A stretch of DNA of 64,000 nt. It comes from Eledone cirrhosa. Its lineage: Eukaryota. Positions within the stretch are counted from its first letter, which is position 1. Each line of letters opens with the position of its first letter. The notes under the pieces were generated by a model. The model was not told the DNA's origin. It worked only from the letters and a program-made list of their open reading frames with translations, and ran no database searches. The DNA lies in contig OZ024740.1 in NCBI GenBank assembly GCA_964016885.1, positions 210,924,001-210,988,000 of the forward strand, given 5' to 3'. Position numbers and translations under genes: made by a program. Shown piece by piece: positions 39,766 to 51,926 of this stretch.

Positions 39766-42037
39766 TGTTTCTTTTATTTGCCACCAGGGCATCAAAAGTG
39801 TGGGACAAGTACAATGGGGGGAGTTTACAAAACAAGGCGTCCTCAATAAGGAGGAGGCAATAACAATATATAAAAATAAAATAAAATATAACAAAAAATA
39901 AAATTTATAACAAAGTCCTCAATAGAGAGGAGGCGCCTTGGGGGATCGCACACACCCCCGAAAAAAAGTGTGCAACCCTTTTCCTGAGGAGCACAGAGAA
40001 GGGGTGCTCCCTTGGTCTTTCATCTTCCTCACCTATAGTCTGATGTAGAGTGAAGGCCCATTCACACGGGCCATTCTCGCCACTTTCACCCATCTTTCAT
40101 AAAAACGGCTGGGGTGCAGCACCTCTCTCTCCATCCTGATCCTTCTTCCGAAATGATATCGGAAGAAACGGACCAGTTGTTGGCCAGAGAGAAAGGTGTC
40201 TGACCTCAGCCCTTTCAGACGCGTCCACCATACAACCTCTTTCGCCATGGCTATTACGCACAGAAACACCGCCTCTTCTTCGTTTTTGAAGAGGGGAGGC
40301 GGCTTGATCGTTACAATAGACTCGGTGGTCAACCGGATCGGTCCCACCCTTGACAGCAGTTGTTCGACATAGCCCCACAGATCGGCAATGCCCGAGTAGT
40401 GTACCAATGCGTGTGCAACGGTTTCCTCGCCGCACACGCATCTGGGACAGATCTTTTTCGAGGGGTCCCTACCCGGGCGCCCGTGTCTGTAGAGCCTTTC
40501 TCGAACGGGCAGAGCCCTTCTGTAGCATTGCCAGGCCAGGGACCTCTGGAAGTTATCCATGGGTCCCGGGCTGAATGTCCTACCGAACAGGTTGGCCAGT
40601 TCGTCTTCCTCCATGCCTAGGGCTTCTCCGAGGGCATCGTCGCACCTGATAACCACCAGCCCTCTATAGAATGACGAGGTGGATTCTCCACTGACAGCCG
40701 GATCCGCCTGCCAGAGAGCCGTGAGCGCCTGGGCACACTCGGTGTGCCAGGCGCCCAGTTTTCTCGGTCTTTGCTTGACCCAGGATTGCAGCTCGGTGAG
40801 TGAGACGAGCCTGGGAAAGGCTCTCCTCACAAACGGGGCCCACACCAGTTGACCGGAGAGGAATACCTGAAGGTGCCGTAGCCTTAATGCGTGTTTACGT
40901 ATCATTAGCCACGGCATCCCCAGCCCTCCTTTCGAAAGGTGTTGACAGCAGATGGATCTCCTCACCATAGGAGCCCGCTTCTTCCAAAGGAATTGGAAGA
41001 GTGCGCGCTCCATTTTGGCGAGCGTTTCCATTGGGCAAGGCACAACGGTCAGGCGGTAGTAGATGACGGACGCTATATAAGTGTTCGCCACCTCCGCCCG
41101 ACCTTTCAGGGACAGTTTGCACTCGGCCCACTTCTGGGTCAGTGCAAACACCCTGTTCGTCACCTCACCCCAGTTCTTCTCCACCTGGAGGTCTGGTCCG
41201 AACCAGACCCCGAGCAACTTCACCGGGCCCTCCGTCCAACGCCCGACGACGCCATCGGAGGGCATCGATCTGCCCCTCCACGTGCCGAGTTTCAGACCGA
41301 TCGACTTGTCCCGGTTCAGCTTAGCCCCTGTAAACCTTTCGTACTCCTCCAGTAAGGTGCCGATCGCCCCGATTTTCGAGGCCGTCGACACCATTACTGT
41401 TACGTCATCGGCGTAGGCTGACACCGCTTTCCGCAATCCCGGTTCCAACGGGATGCCCTGCAACAACTCCAACTTCCGCAGCAGTGGCTCTAGAGTCATT
41501 ACATACAGAAGGGAGGAGAGAGGGCACCCCTGTCGGATGGACCGCGCGATTTCGAACGGCTCCTAGAGGTAGCCGTTCACCTTGAGCCTAGAGCAGATGC
41601 GGCTGCTGTGCATGGCATTGATCCAGCCCCTGAAAACGGGTCCGAAGCCTGCCGCCGCTAGCACCGCATCCAGGTAACCATGGTCGACCCTATCGAATGC
41701 CTTAGATTGATCCAAGTTGATCAGGGCCCCACCAAAGCCGGGTTCGTTCCCAACCCTCTCTATGATGTATCGCATGAGGTGGAGGTTATCGTGGATCGAC
41801 CTGGACGGGATAGCACATGTCTGCGCATCTCCCACCAGGTTGCCCACGACAAGCGCCAACCTCTTTGCTAGCACCTTGGCCAAATCTGTAACTCTGTATT
41901 TAGCAGAGTTATGGGCCTGAAATTATTTAAATCGTCCCCCTTGTTCTCGTCCTTCCTCACTAGCGTGACTACGCCCTTGGTCACAGCACAGGGAATTCTC
42001 CCGTTCTGTTGCCAGTTGCAGTAGACCGCCTCGAGGA
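39766..42037 (-). mobile_element. Tx1-type element E4, 5'-truncated at the start of RT (subfamily C)
   Basis: ORF pieces 41868-42040, 41563-41883, 40033-41499 with LDQSKAFDRVDH and AYADD; (GATA)n at both ends. Confidence 0.95.
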
Positions 42038-42045
42038 GATCGATC

Positions 42046-42081
<36 letters not shown>

Positions 42082-42172
42082 TGTTTCTTTATTAGCCACT
42101 GGGGCACAAAAGAAGGGGACAAATACAAAGGGGGAAGTTTACATACAATAAAAACGTGTAAAATATTATCAC

Positions 42173-42173
<1 letters not shown>
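42082..42173 (-). mobile_element. Tx1-type element E5, ~90 bp 3' tip (subfamily A-like)
   Basis: Matches the terminal 3' UTR of E1/E2 (TTTCTTTATTAGCCAC.GGGGCACAAAAGAAGGGGACAA...TTATCACAGAT); embedded in (GATA)n. Confidence 0.92.
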
Positions 42174-42213
<40 letters not shown>

Positions 42214-42214
<1 letters not shown>

Positions 42215-45200
42215 CTTTCTATTTATTTGCCACCAGGGCATCAAAGATTGGGACAAGTACAAGAGGGGGAGTTTACATACATTTCAAGCGACGTGTAAAA
42301 ACATAACAAATCAAATTCAACAATCGAAGTCCTCAATAGGGAAGGGGCGTGACGTGGGCGCACACACCCCTTAAAAAAATGTGCAACGTTCTCCTCAGGA
42401 GCACAAAGAGCGGGTGCTCCCTTCCTCTCCTCCTTCCTCTCCTCTCTCACCTACAGGCTGATATAGAGAGAAGGCCCATTCATTCGGGCCATTCTCGCCA
42501 CTTTCACCCACCTTTCATAAAACTTGCTGGGGTAGAGCACCTCTCTCTCCATTCTGGTCCTTCTTCTAAAATGGTACTTGAAAAAAAGGACCAGTTATTG
42601 GCCGGAGAGAAAAGTGTCTGACCTCAGCCCTTTCAACCTCGTCCACCATACAACCTCTTTCGCCATAGCTATCACACAGAGGAAAACCGCTTCTCTTTCG
42701 TTTTTGAAGGGGGGAGGTTTGATCGTCACAATGGACTCGGTGGTCAACCGGATTGGTCCCACCCGCGACAGTAGTCGTTCCACATATCCCCACAGGTCAG
42801 CAACGCCCGGGCAGTGTACGAATGCGTGCGCGACGGTTTCCTCGTCACGCACGCATCTCGGACAGATCTTCTTCGAGGGCTCCCTACCCGGGCGCCCGTG
42901 TCTGTAGAGCTTGTCCCGAACGGGTAGAGCTCCTCGGTAGCACTGCCAAGCCAGGGACTTTTGGAAGTTGTCCATCGATCCCGGGCCAAACGTCCTACCG
43001 AACAGACAGGTTAGCTCGTCTTCCTCCATGCCCAGAGCCTCTCCGAGAGCGTCGTCGCACTTGCTGCGCACCAACCCTCTATAGAATGTTGAGGTTGAGT
43101 TTCCACTGATTGCCGGATCCGCTTGCCAGAGGGCCGTGAGCGCCTGGGCACATTCAATGTGCCAGTCGCCCACATTTCTCGGTATTTGCTTGACCCCGGA
43201 TTGCAACTCGGTGAGTGAGACGAGTCTCGGAAAGGCTCGCCTCACAAAAGGGGCCCACACCGGCTGACCGGTGAGGAATACCTGGAGGTGCCGTAGCCTT
43301 AATGCGTGTCTACGCATCGTCAGCCACGGCATTCCCAGCCCTCCGTTCGAAGGGTGTTGACAGCAGATGGATCTTCTCACCAAAGGGGCCCACTTCTTCC
43401 AAAGGAATCGGAAGAGCGCGCGCTCCATTTTGGCGAGCGTTTTCGCTGGGCAAGGCACGACGGTCAAGCGGTAGTAGATGACGGACGCTATATAAGTGTT
43501 CGCCACCTCCGCTCGACCTTTCAGGGATAGTTTGCACTCGGCCCACTTCTGGGCGAGTGCAAACATCCTGCCCGTTACCTCGTCCCAGTTTTTCTCCACC
43601 TGGAGGTCCGGTCCGAACCAGACCCCGAGCAGCTTCACCGGTCCCTCCGTCCAGCGTCCGACGACGCCGTCGGAGGGCATCAGCTTGCCTCTCCACGTTC
43701 CGAGTTGCAAACCGACGGACTTGTCCCGGTTCAGCTTGGCTCCTATAAACCTTTTGTATTCCTCTAGTAAGGTGCCGATCTTCCCGATTTCCGAGGCGCA
43801 CGATACCATTACTGTCACGTCACCGGCGTAGGCCGACCCCGCTTTCCGCAATCCTGGTTCCAAGGGGATTCCCTGCCACAGCTCCAACTTCCGCAGTAGT
43901 GGCTCGAGAGCCAGCACATACAGAAGGGAGGAGAGAGGGCATCCTGTCGGATGGATCGCGTGATTTGGAACGGCTCCGTTAGGTAGCCGTTCACCTTGAC
44001 CCTCGAGCAGGTGTTGCTGCTGTGCATTGCAGCAATCCAGCCCCTGAAAACGGGTCCGAAGCCTGCCGTCGCGAGCACCGCATCCAGGTACCGATGGTCA
44101 ACCCTATCGAACGCCTTAGATTGATCCAAGTTGATCAGGCTCCCACCAATGCCGGGTTCGTTCCCTACCCTCTCTACGATGTTTCGCATGAGGTCGAGGT
44201 TGTCGTGTATGGACCTGGACGGGATTGCGCATGTCTGCGCTTCTCCCACCAGGTTCCCGACAAGCGCCAACCTCTTCGCTAACACCTTAGCCAAAATCTT
44301 TAACTCTGTGTTTAGCAGAGTTATGGGCCTGAAGTTATCTATGTCATCCCCCTTGTTCTCGTCCTTCCTCACCAGCGTTACTACGCCCTTGGTCACAGAA
44401 CTGGGAATTCTCCCATTCTGTTGCCAGTTGCAGTAGACCGCCTCGAGGAGACCGGAGAACAAGTCCGGCATCGCTACTTAAAGTTCGTATGGTAGACCAT
44501 CGAGACCGTGAGATTTGAGTTTGCCGCATAGGCTCAGCGCTTCCCCTATTTCAGCGGCTGAAATCGGCCTTTCGCAGGACTTCGCCTCCTCGTCCGAGAG
44601 CCGCGGAGGCCGTCGAGGTATGGACCGAAATCCATGGCCTCACCCGGCCCGCCACCCATCCCGAACAGTCGTGCAAAGCGCCATTGAAAGGCCGCGCACA
44701 CCCGCTCAGGTTCAAGGATCACGCGTCTATCCTGGTCCTTCAAAGACCGAATCGTGGACTTGTTTCCGCTTTTTGCCTCTGTCACTCGGGCCCAGCTAAC
44801 AGCTTTGGCTACCTCGTTACCCAGAGCACGTATTTTACTCCTGACAACACAGCCCTCGTTCTTCGCGTCAAAGAACTGGTCTAGGGCCGTTCTTGACGCC
44901 AGAACGCCGGCCACGTTGCCCCTCCTAATCGCCTCTTCTACTCTATCTATCAATTCCCTTTCATTTCTATTCCTATCTGATGCTAATTCCTGACTAAAAC
45001 CTATCGATTCTAATCTAATTTCTCTCTTGAGAGAGCCCCACCACCTACTGTTGACAATTACCCCCGTCAACCGCTGCTTAACTAGAGTGTTAATCCGCTT
45101 AGTGTAAGCTTTGTTTGTCGGTAAGGACAAGTTTAGCTTCCAGTAACCGGGTCCTTGTCTATGGGTTCTATCAAGGTTGAACACTCCGGTCACCAACTTG

Positions 45201-48046
45201 TGATCCGAATAGTCAACCATGAACATTCGTGGACAGCTTAATATGTCCCTATCCTTATTTCTAACTAGGAACCTATCTAGGTACGACCTAGATGTTCCGC
45301 TATGATTAGTCCACGTCCACAGTGGCACAGTCGGAAAAATCTAGTCGATATCTATCGGCCAGATCAAATCGGCCGATTAACCGTTTGAGGCTGTTACACC
45401 CCCTCTATCGGGACATGCCCCTACATAGTCCCAACTTGCATCCAGGATACCATTCCAGTCCCCCACTAAAAGCAAGGAGCGAGACGTTCCCAGAAAAGTC
45501 TCTAGGCGTTGGAAGAAGTCCGGTCGCGGTGTCCCAGATGGGGCATACGCTGCCACTAGCCTGAAGGCTCCACCTTCACTACTGCCTACGTCTAGAACCA
45601 CGAGTCGACCCTCCGGGTCCAGGTGTACCTTCCGTGTTGCGAGGCCCAGGTGTTTTCGCAGCAGATCGACCACCCCGCCCCACACCCGGCTGACAGAGAG
45701 ATGCATAGATCTCAAAGTCGTCGAAGATGGGGGCCAGTTGGTGCTCGCTGCTGATGCTGGACTCGCAAATAGCTATCCATTATGTGCGACCTGAGGTCAT
45801 TTAAGAGTTTGCCCTGCTTCCAAGACATCCCCAGGCCACGCACATTTAAACATCCAACTCTTATAACAGCCATGATGGTGGTGAAGAGTTTAGAGTGGAG
45901 AAAAAGGAAAAGACACCTACTTGTCCTTCTGGACACCAGGCTGCACAATTTCCATGGGGGTATCGGCGGGGTTGTTTGGTGGGGTGGTGGTTTGGGATGT
46001 GGTGGGGACATCAGTGTGTGGTGGGGTGGTGGTTTGGGATGTGGTGAGGACATCAGTGTGTGGTGGGGTGGGGGTGTTTGGTGGAGGAGGGGTGTCTGGG
46101 GTGGTGGTGGGGAAACATTTCAAGAGGACGCGGTTGCTAGGTCTAGTACAGGGGTTCCCCACGTCCTCGGGAAAGTTCTGTTTGAGCATTGCGTAGGTGT
46201 CCCTTGGGACCCTATTCATTTTTAAATTCCTGTTTAGTCGCCGCGTTGGTGAACATTTTCCCTTCGGTTTCCACCGAAGAGTCTTTGTCTATTGTTTGCA
46301 CAAGTGTTTTGTTGTTTGTGTTGATGTATGTATACTGTTTTTGTTGTGTTGTGTTTGTTTTTGTTTGTTGTTCTTGTGTTTGTTTGCGTTTTGTAGTATG
46401 CGTTATGTTTTCGGGAGGGGTGGTTATTTTTCTTTGTGATGTTTGTTCTGTTTGTGCTGGTGGTTGTGTGTTTGTTGCATTTTTGTTAATGTGGTGCCTT
46501 CTTTTCTTTCTTTTTTCAGGTTGAAAGGGTTCTCCCTCGTCGTCACTGTGTGACGTTGATAAGGGGTCCTCGTCCGTGTTGTTGGGGAGAGGTATATTTG
46601 GGGGTTTGTTATGGTTGCTTTTGTATTTGTTTTAGGTGGGGAGGGGTTGGGTGGGACAGTGTCTTGTGTTGTTATTTTTTCGTGTTGTTGTTGTTGTTGT
46701 GGTGGTGGTGGTGGTGGTGGTGGTGGTGGTGGTGGTGGTGGTGGTGGTGGTGGTGGTGGTGGTGGTGGTGGTGTGTGTGGGGTGGGCAGAAGCGTCTTTG
46801 GGGGGGCATTTAAAAGGGGACAGGAAGCCTTCAGGTGACCACTTCTTGAACAGTGGTAGTATGAAGGCCGCCTGCCCTCAACAGAAATGTTTATGAAGGC
46901 GACTCCATCCAGGGACACACGCTGCGGTATTCTTGCTATTCGTTCTGGTCTCATTTGGACCAGAACTTCAAGGCTATTGCCACCGAATACGCCCCCGGTG
47001 GATTCGCCTATCGAAAGGATTGTGTCCTCATCTTCTAAGAATCCCATTAGCACCCACCAAATGCTCGCATTTGGCCTGATGCCCAAGATTCTTATCTTTT
47101 GAGTTCTTTTCCCAAAATATGTGGGGAAAAAGATGTATGCTTTGGATACAATTGGCGACACAGAATATTTCCGTGCCGCCAATTCATCTTGCATTAAAAC
47201 AGATATGCTTCCATATAGTTTCCCTTTCTGTATGAAAGCGATATATTTCCAGGCACTACTTAGGACCAGCTCAATTTCGCTTTGGGACAATTGAGCCGGT
47301 TTCCTAGTCGTGTTCGAAACTGTCCTAAAGATTACAGTCCTGAGGACTGTGTCCCTTCTAATTTCTTCGGGGGAGGTAATTGTGAATTCCCCACCTTCCC
47401 CGAAATTTACACAATTCCTTGCTTCTTTCAGCAATTTCTTGGCATTCGAGATGTCCAGTGCCTTGTATGTCTGCGTTTCTCGGACCGCTTGTGCGAAGAA
47501 GACTGCAGCTGTGGGTCCGTTTTCTTTCGTGTTGTTATCATTGTTGTTGTTGTTATTCGTGTTGGCTTGCTTTTTTCCTTTGTTGGTGTTGTCATTATTG
47601 CTGTTGTTGGTTGTGTTGTTATTGTCATTGTTACTGTTGTTGGTTGTGTTGTTATTGTCATTGTTGTTCTTGTTTGTGTAATTGTTACTTTTGGGGTTTT
47701 CACCCATTTCCACAATTTTTTCTTTTGATTCCGTGGTGTCTTTTGCGGGAGTGAGGAGGGAAGGCTTACAGCGTTGTGCTGCTACCTTCTCTCTATCACT
47801 TTCCTTGCGGGGAGTGGCATGCGTCGTATTAATGGCGTCCATTGTCACTAAACGACTTTTTATCGACAACTTATAACTATTAAATTTCGTCCCTTTTTGG
47901 GGCGAAATTTATTTTACCCAACGTCTGCAGACCCAGGCGAGAGGTTAAACACAACAAATAACAAATTACTTAAGCAGACCTACCGCTTCTCGTAATAAAT
48001 TCTGACAAAATGCAGGAGCGAAACAAAAACACATCTATCTCGGAGA
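42214..48046 (-). mobile_element. Tx1-type element E6, full length, disrupted (subfamily D)
   Basis: ORF1 pieces 46424-47869 and 45917-46219; ORF2 from ~45872 (MAVIRVGCLNVRGL) to 42451 in several frames; mutated knuckle (YYHCSRSGHLKASC) and YAGD. Confidence 0.95.
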
Positions 48047-48138
48047 AGATAGATAGATAGATAGACAGACAAACAGATAGACAGACAGACAGATAGATAG
48101 ATAGATGGATACAGAGATATAGATGTAGATATGTAGAT
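48047..48138. repeat. (GATA)/(GACA) microsatellite forming the 5' outer flank of the Tx1 array
   Basis: Directly visible. Confidence 0.9.
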
Positions 48139-48251
48139 GGGGGTAGAGCCTACCTCTCCCTTTCCCTCTCCCACTCTCCTTCCCCTTACTTTCGCTATTG
48201 ATTTTCCTTCTTTCTTTTTCTTTCTTTTTTATTATTACAAACATAATTTAT

Positions 48252-48585
48252 GTTTGGTGTCGAGACCTCAGGCGTACTTGGACCCCTACTGCTGAGCTCC
48301 TGAATAAGATAGGAATGTCGGCAGTCCGTCTGAGGAAGGAGCCCCGTGTGGTTGGGTGGCTGTTGCAGCGGGTGTCACTGGCCATCGTCCGCGGAAATGC
48401 TTTTTCCGTCTTGTCCGCGGGGCGCAGCACTTCTGCCCCCTTGCCCTAGGCCCAAAGACCAATCACCTCCCCCTTCACTCCCTCTCTTCTGCCCTCCCCT
48501 CCCTTCCCGTTCTTTTTCTTCTTTCTTTCTCTCTTTTTTCTCTATAGTTCCCTTTTCTTTCTTTCCTTTTGTTTCCCTTTTTTTT
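48252..48585 (+). mobile_element. 3' fragment of a CRE-clade-like RLE non-LTR retrotransposon
   Basis: GVETSGVLGP/TAELLNKIG...WLLQRVSLAIVRGNAFSVL resembles the CRE C-terminal motif ETxGxxG...QRxSxAxxRGNA; pyrimidine-rich 3' UTR. Confidence 0.7.
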
Positions 48586-48611
48586 ATTATTATTGCCGTC
48601 ATTATAGTTGT

Positions 48612-49880
48612 CAAGCTGGAACGGCTCCTCTTCAAATTCTTGTGGAGGGGACAAGTTCCGTTGGTGAGGCGGTCCATCTGCTGCCAGCACCCTCTACGCG
48701 GAGGGCTGGGCATACCGTGGCTAATGATGCGCAGTCATGCGTTGAGGCTGCGACATCTCCAGATATTCTGCCTCAACGGTGAACAGGTGTGGTCGCCATT
48801 TATCAGACGGGCCTTTCCGCAGCTCATTTCTTTGACTGAGCTGCAGTCCTGGGTCAAGAAGAGACCGAGACTGGGTGACTGGCACCTGGAATGTTGCCAG
48901 GCACTCACTGCCCTCTACCAAGAGGGCAATGCGATCAGTGGAACTTCCACTCTCGAGTTCTATAGAGGATTAGTGGTGGGCAAGTGCGATGACGCACTCG
49001 GAGAAGCTTTGGGCCTCGATGAAGTCGAACTGACCAGTCTGTACCGGAGGACTTTTGAGCCGGGGACGATGGACAATTTCCAGAAATCCCTCGCTTGGCA
49101 GTGCTACCGGGGGGCACTGCCGGTTTGGGATAAACTCTACAGGCACGGAAGTGCTGTCAGACGGACCTGCCCAAGATGCGCACAGAACGACGAAACCGTT
49201 CTGCACGCACTTGTCCAATGTCCGTGCATTACTGACTTGTGGAGTTATGTCGAACAACTACTGTCGCGTGTGGAACGAATCCGTCCATAGTGAAGATCGA
49301 TCCACCACCTTCCTTAAGTCAGGAAGAGCAGGACATTTTCCTCTGTCTGGTGGCAGTTGCGAAAGAGATTATATGGTGGACCAGATTAAAAGGACTGAAG
49401 ACAGACACTTTTCTCTTCGGCCAATCCCTTATCAACTTCTTCAAGTTTCACCTGGAAAGGAGGATGAGGGTGGAGAGAGAAGTGCTGCCCCCCAGTACAT
49501 TTGCTAAAAGGTGGGTGAATGTGGCGAGAATGTCTCGTGTGAATGGGCCTACTTTAACCATGCGCCTATAGGCTGGCTAACTTGAGGAGAGGGGTGCTCT
49601 CCCTGGGTGCCCTAGAAGCGCAGGGTGGTTCAGGATTGGTGGGGTACCCGAGTCACCCCAGGGTCGTCCACCCCCTATCGGGGAATTTATTTTGTTATAT
49701 TTATGCATAGTTTATTTTATATTTTTATATTTTCATTGTTAAATTAGTTTTGCCATTGTGCACTTTTACTCGACCTTATTGTAAACCCCCACTGTCCCTG
49801 TCTTTGTATTGTCCCCTACATGTCGGCCCTTGTGGCTAATAAATGAAATCATTATTATTATTATTGTTATTATTATTGTT
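48612..49880 (+). mobile_element. 5'-truncated Tx1-type element, ATT-associated sister family
   Basis: KLERLLFKFLWRGQVPLVRRSICCQHP...CPRCAQNDETVLHALVQC...RVNGPTLTMRL*, homologous to E1-E6 ORF2; ends GGCTAATAAATGAAATC(ATT)n. Confidence 0.93.
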
Positions 49881-51019
49881 ACTGTAAATAATATTATATT
49901 TATACAGTTTTTATCATTAATAAACCTCACTATTTTTGAAAAATGTACGGAAAAAAAAGAAAGGAAGTAACTCTTGCTTTCATCTTTTCTTGGTTATCTC
50001 CCTTGATACAATTGGACTCTATAACATACGTAATGATGACAATTTTATACGATGACGGCTAATTGTAATATCTATACACGATATAAAAAAGAGATGTTTG
50101 TTGGTTGGTTCCTTCACATCCACTCATACAAGTGTTACAAACACACAAACAGACAGCTGTGACGTATCTTAGAACACTGGACTTCTATAGTTTCTCACCT
50201 CCCCTTACTCATCAGTCATCACATAGATGTGTGTGTATATAGTAATTATTTTTTTCTAAGTGTGTCTGTTTATATATATGTGCGTAGATTCGTGTGTGTT
50301 TGTAATGTCTAAATAAACACACATAAACACATATACACTCACATAATCATAACAGCCAATGTGTGTAGCCAATTCGTTATACATATACACACATAGGTGT
50401 GTGTATATGTATAGTAGACGTCATCACCCCTTCCTTCCTTAGTCATCTCTAGCGTGACACGGCTTTTATTATATTACTGATTGTTTAAGAAGTTCGCTTC
50501 TCAAGAAAACAATTCGAGGTTCTGGTTAAATGTCTTTTACTGTAGTACCGGGATTATGTGCGTGGGATTTATATCCATACGTAATGGGTAAAGACACCCT
50601 TCACTCACAGATGACCATGGGATTTGTACCTAGAAAGTTCCCTTCCGAAGCACAAGTCCGGGCAAGGTTGTTTGTGGAAGACCAGAAATCACCCATACAT
50701 ACCAGTCTCCCCTCTCAACACCACCGATGTTGCCCAAAGGAAAGAAAAATGGCCGATACAGCTTGATATCACAACTCATTTCTACAGCTGAGTAAACTGG
50801 AGCAACGCGAAATAAAACATCTTGTTCAAGGATACAATGCACCACAACCTCCCGATTGAAAGCCATATATATATATGTATATATATATATATGGTATGGT
50901 GCCGTAACTCCTGATAGAGTCATAAGAAATGCCGTATTGACATACGGCGTTTCTTGGCCATTTTAAATCTGGCGGAGCCCATCCCTCTCAGTACACTATA
51001 TTTCTTCCAGGGAGAGGAA

Positions 51020-51181
51020 GAATCGACCTCAGTAGTAGGCTGGTACTTTTTTTTATCGATCTCGAAAGGTTGAAAGGCAAAGTTGACCTCGGCGGGATTT
51101 GAACTCAGAGAGTAGAGAGCCGAAACGAATACCATAAAACATTCTATCCAACGTTCTAACGACTCTGCCAATTTGCCGCCT
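51020..51181 (-). mobile_element. tRNA-derived SINE, diverged relative of the main family
   Basis: TGGTACTTT..TTATCGATCTCGAAAGG.TGAAAGGCAAAGTTGACCTCGGCGGGATTTGAACTCAG. Confidence 0.8.
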
Positions 51182-51926
51182 ATATATTGATATATATTTA
51201 TAATACAGATAATTAGAGTGTTTATACGTGAATGTTACATTTTATCACCATGAAGATAATCCAGTTTAATCAGTCCTAAATCACTCCAAGTCAGTAGTGT
51301 ATCCCCAGTAAAAAAAAACTAGCAATGAAGTGTGACAGACTTTCCATTTACGAAAATATTGTTAAGGCTGACTTACGTTTAAATAATTGTTTTATTATAT
51401 AATACATATTTCAATGACATGGTGGTTATTAATCGTGCAATGTTTACATATATACTTTTATATGTATGATTAACTGTATCATTAGAAATATGGTAAAAAA
51501 AAATAAGGATTAAATATCTGTTTAATCAGATCAACTGGAAACAATGTAGGGATGGACATTGTAAAGTGTGTGTTATATATAACTTTCTTGGTGTGTTTCT
51601 TAAATATCAGAAATCTATTATTGTGGAAATGGAATGAGATGACAGTAGAGGCTCTGGCAACAGAAAACCAGAGCTTATATCCTTAAGAACAAACTCATTG
51701 TTTTTAACGAAAAAGGTTTATTTAAAATGTAATTTATTGTGTTGGGATATACTGCATTTGCTGGCCCCTTGGACGCCTCTTCGTATAAGACGCACCTGGT
51801 TTTACAAGGACATTTTGAGAAAAAAAGAATTCTAATTCATTTCTGCATAAGTTTATTAAAAATTATTTCATTGTTTTTTTTCAGAAACTCTTATATAAGT
51901 TTGACATCATTTTGCTGATATTGTAT

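Noticed and set aside
27047-47876. Many plus-strand and alternate-frame ORFs inside the array
   Set aside because: Antisense or shifted-frame shadows of the GC-rich Tx1 ORF1/ORF2
26719-48138. Telomeric retrotransposon array, or simple tandem duplication
   Set aside because: No TTAGGG repeats and ordinary sequence with a host gene continues beyond it; units differ in subfamily and truncation point
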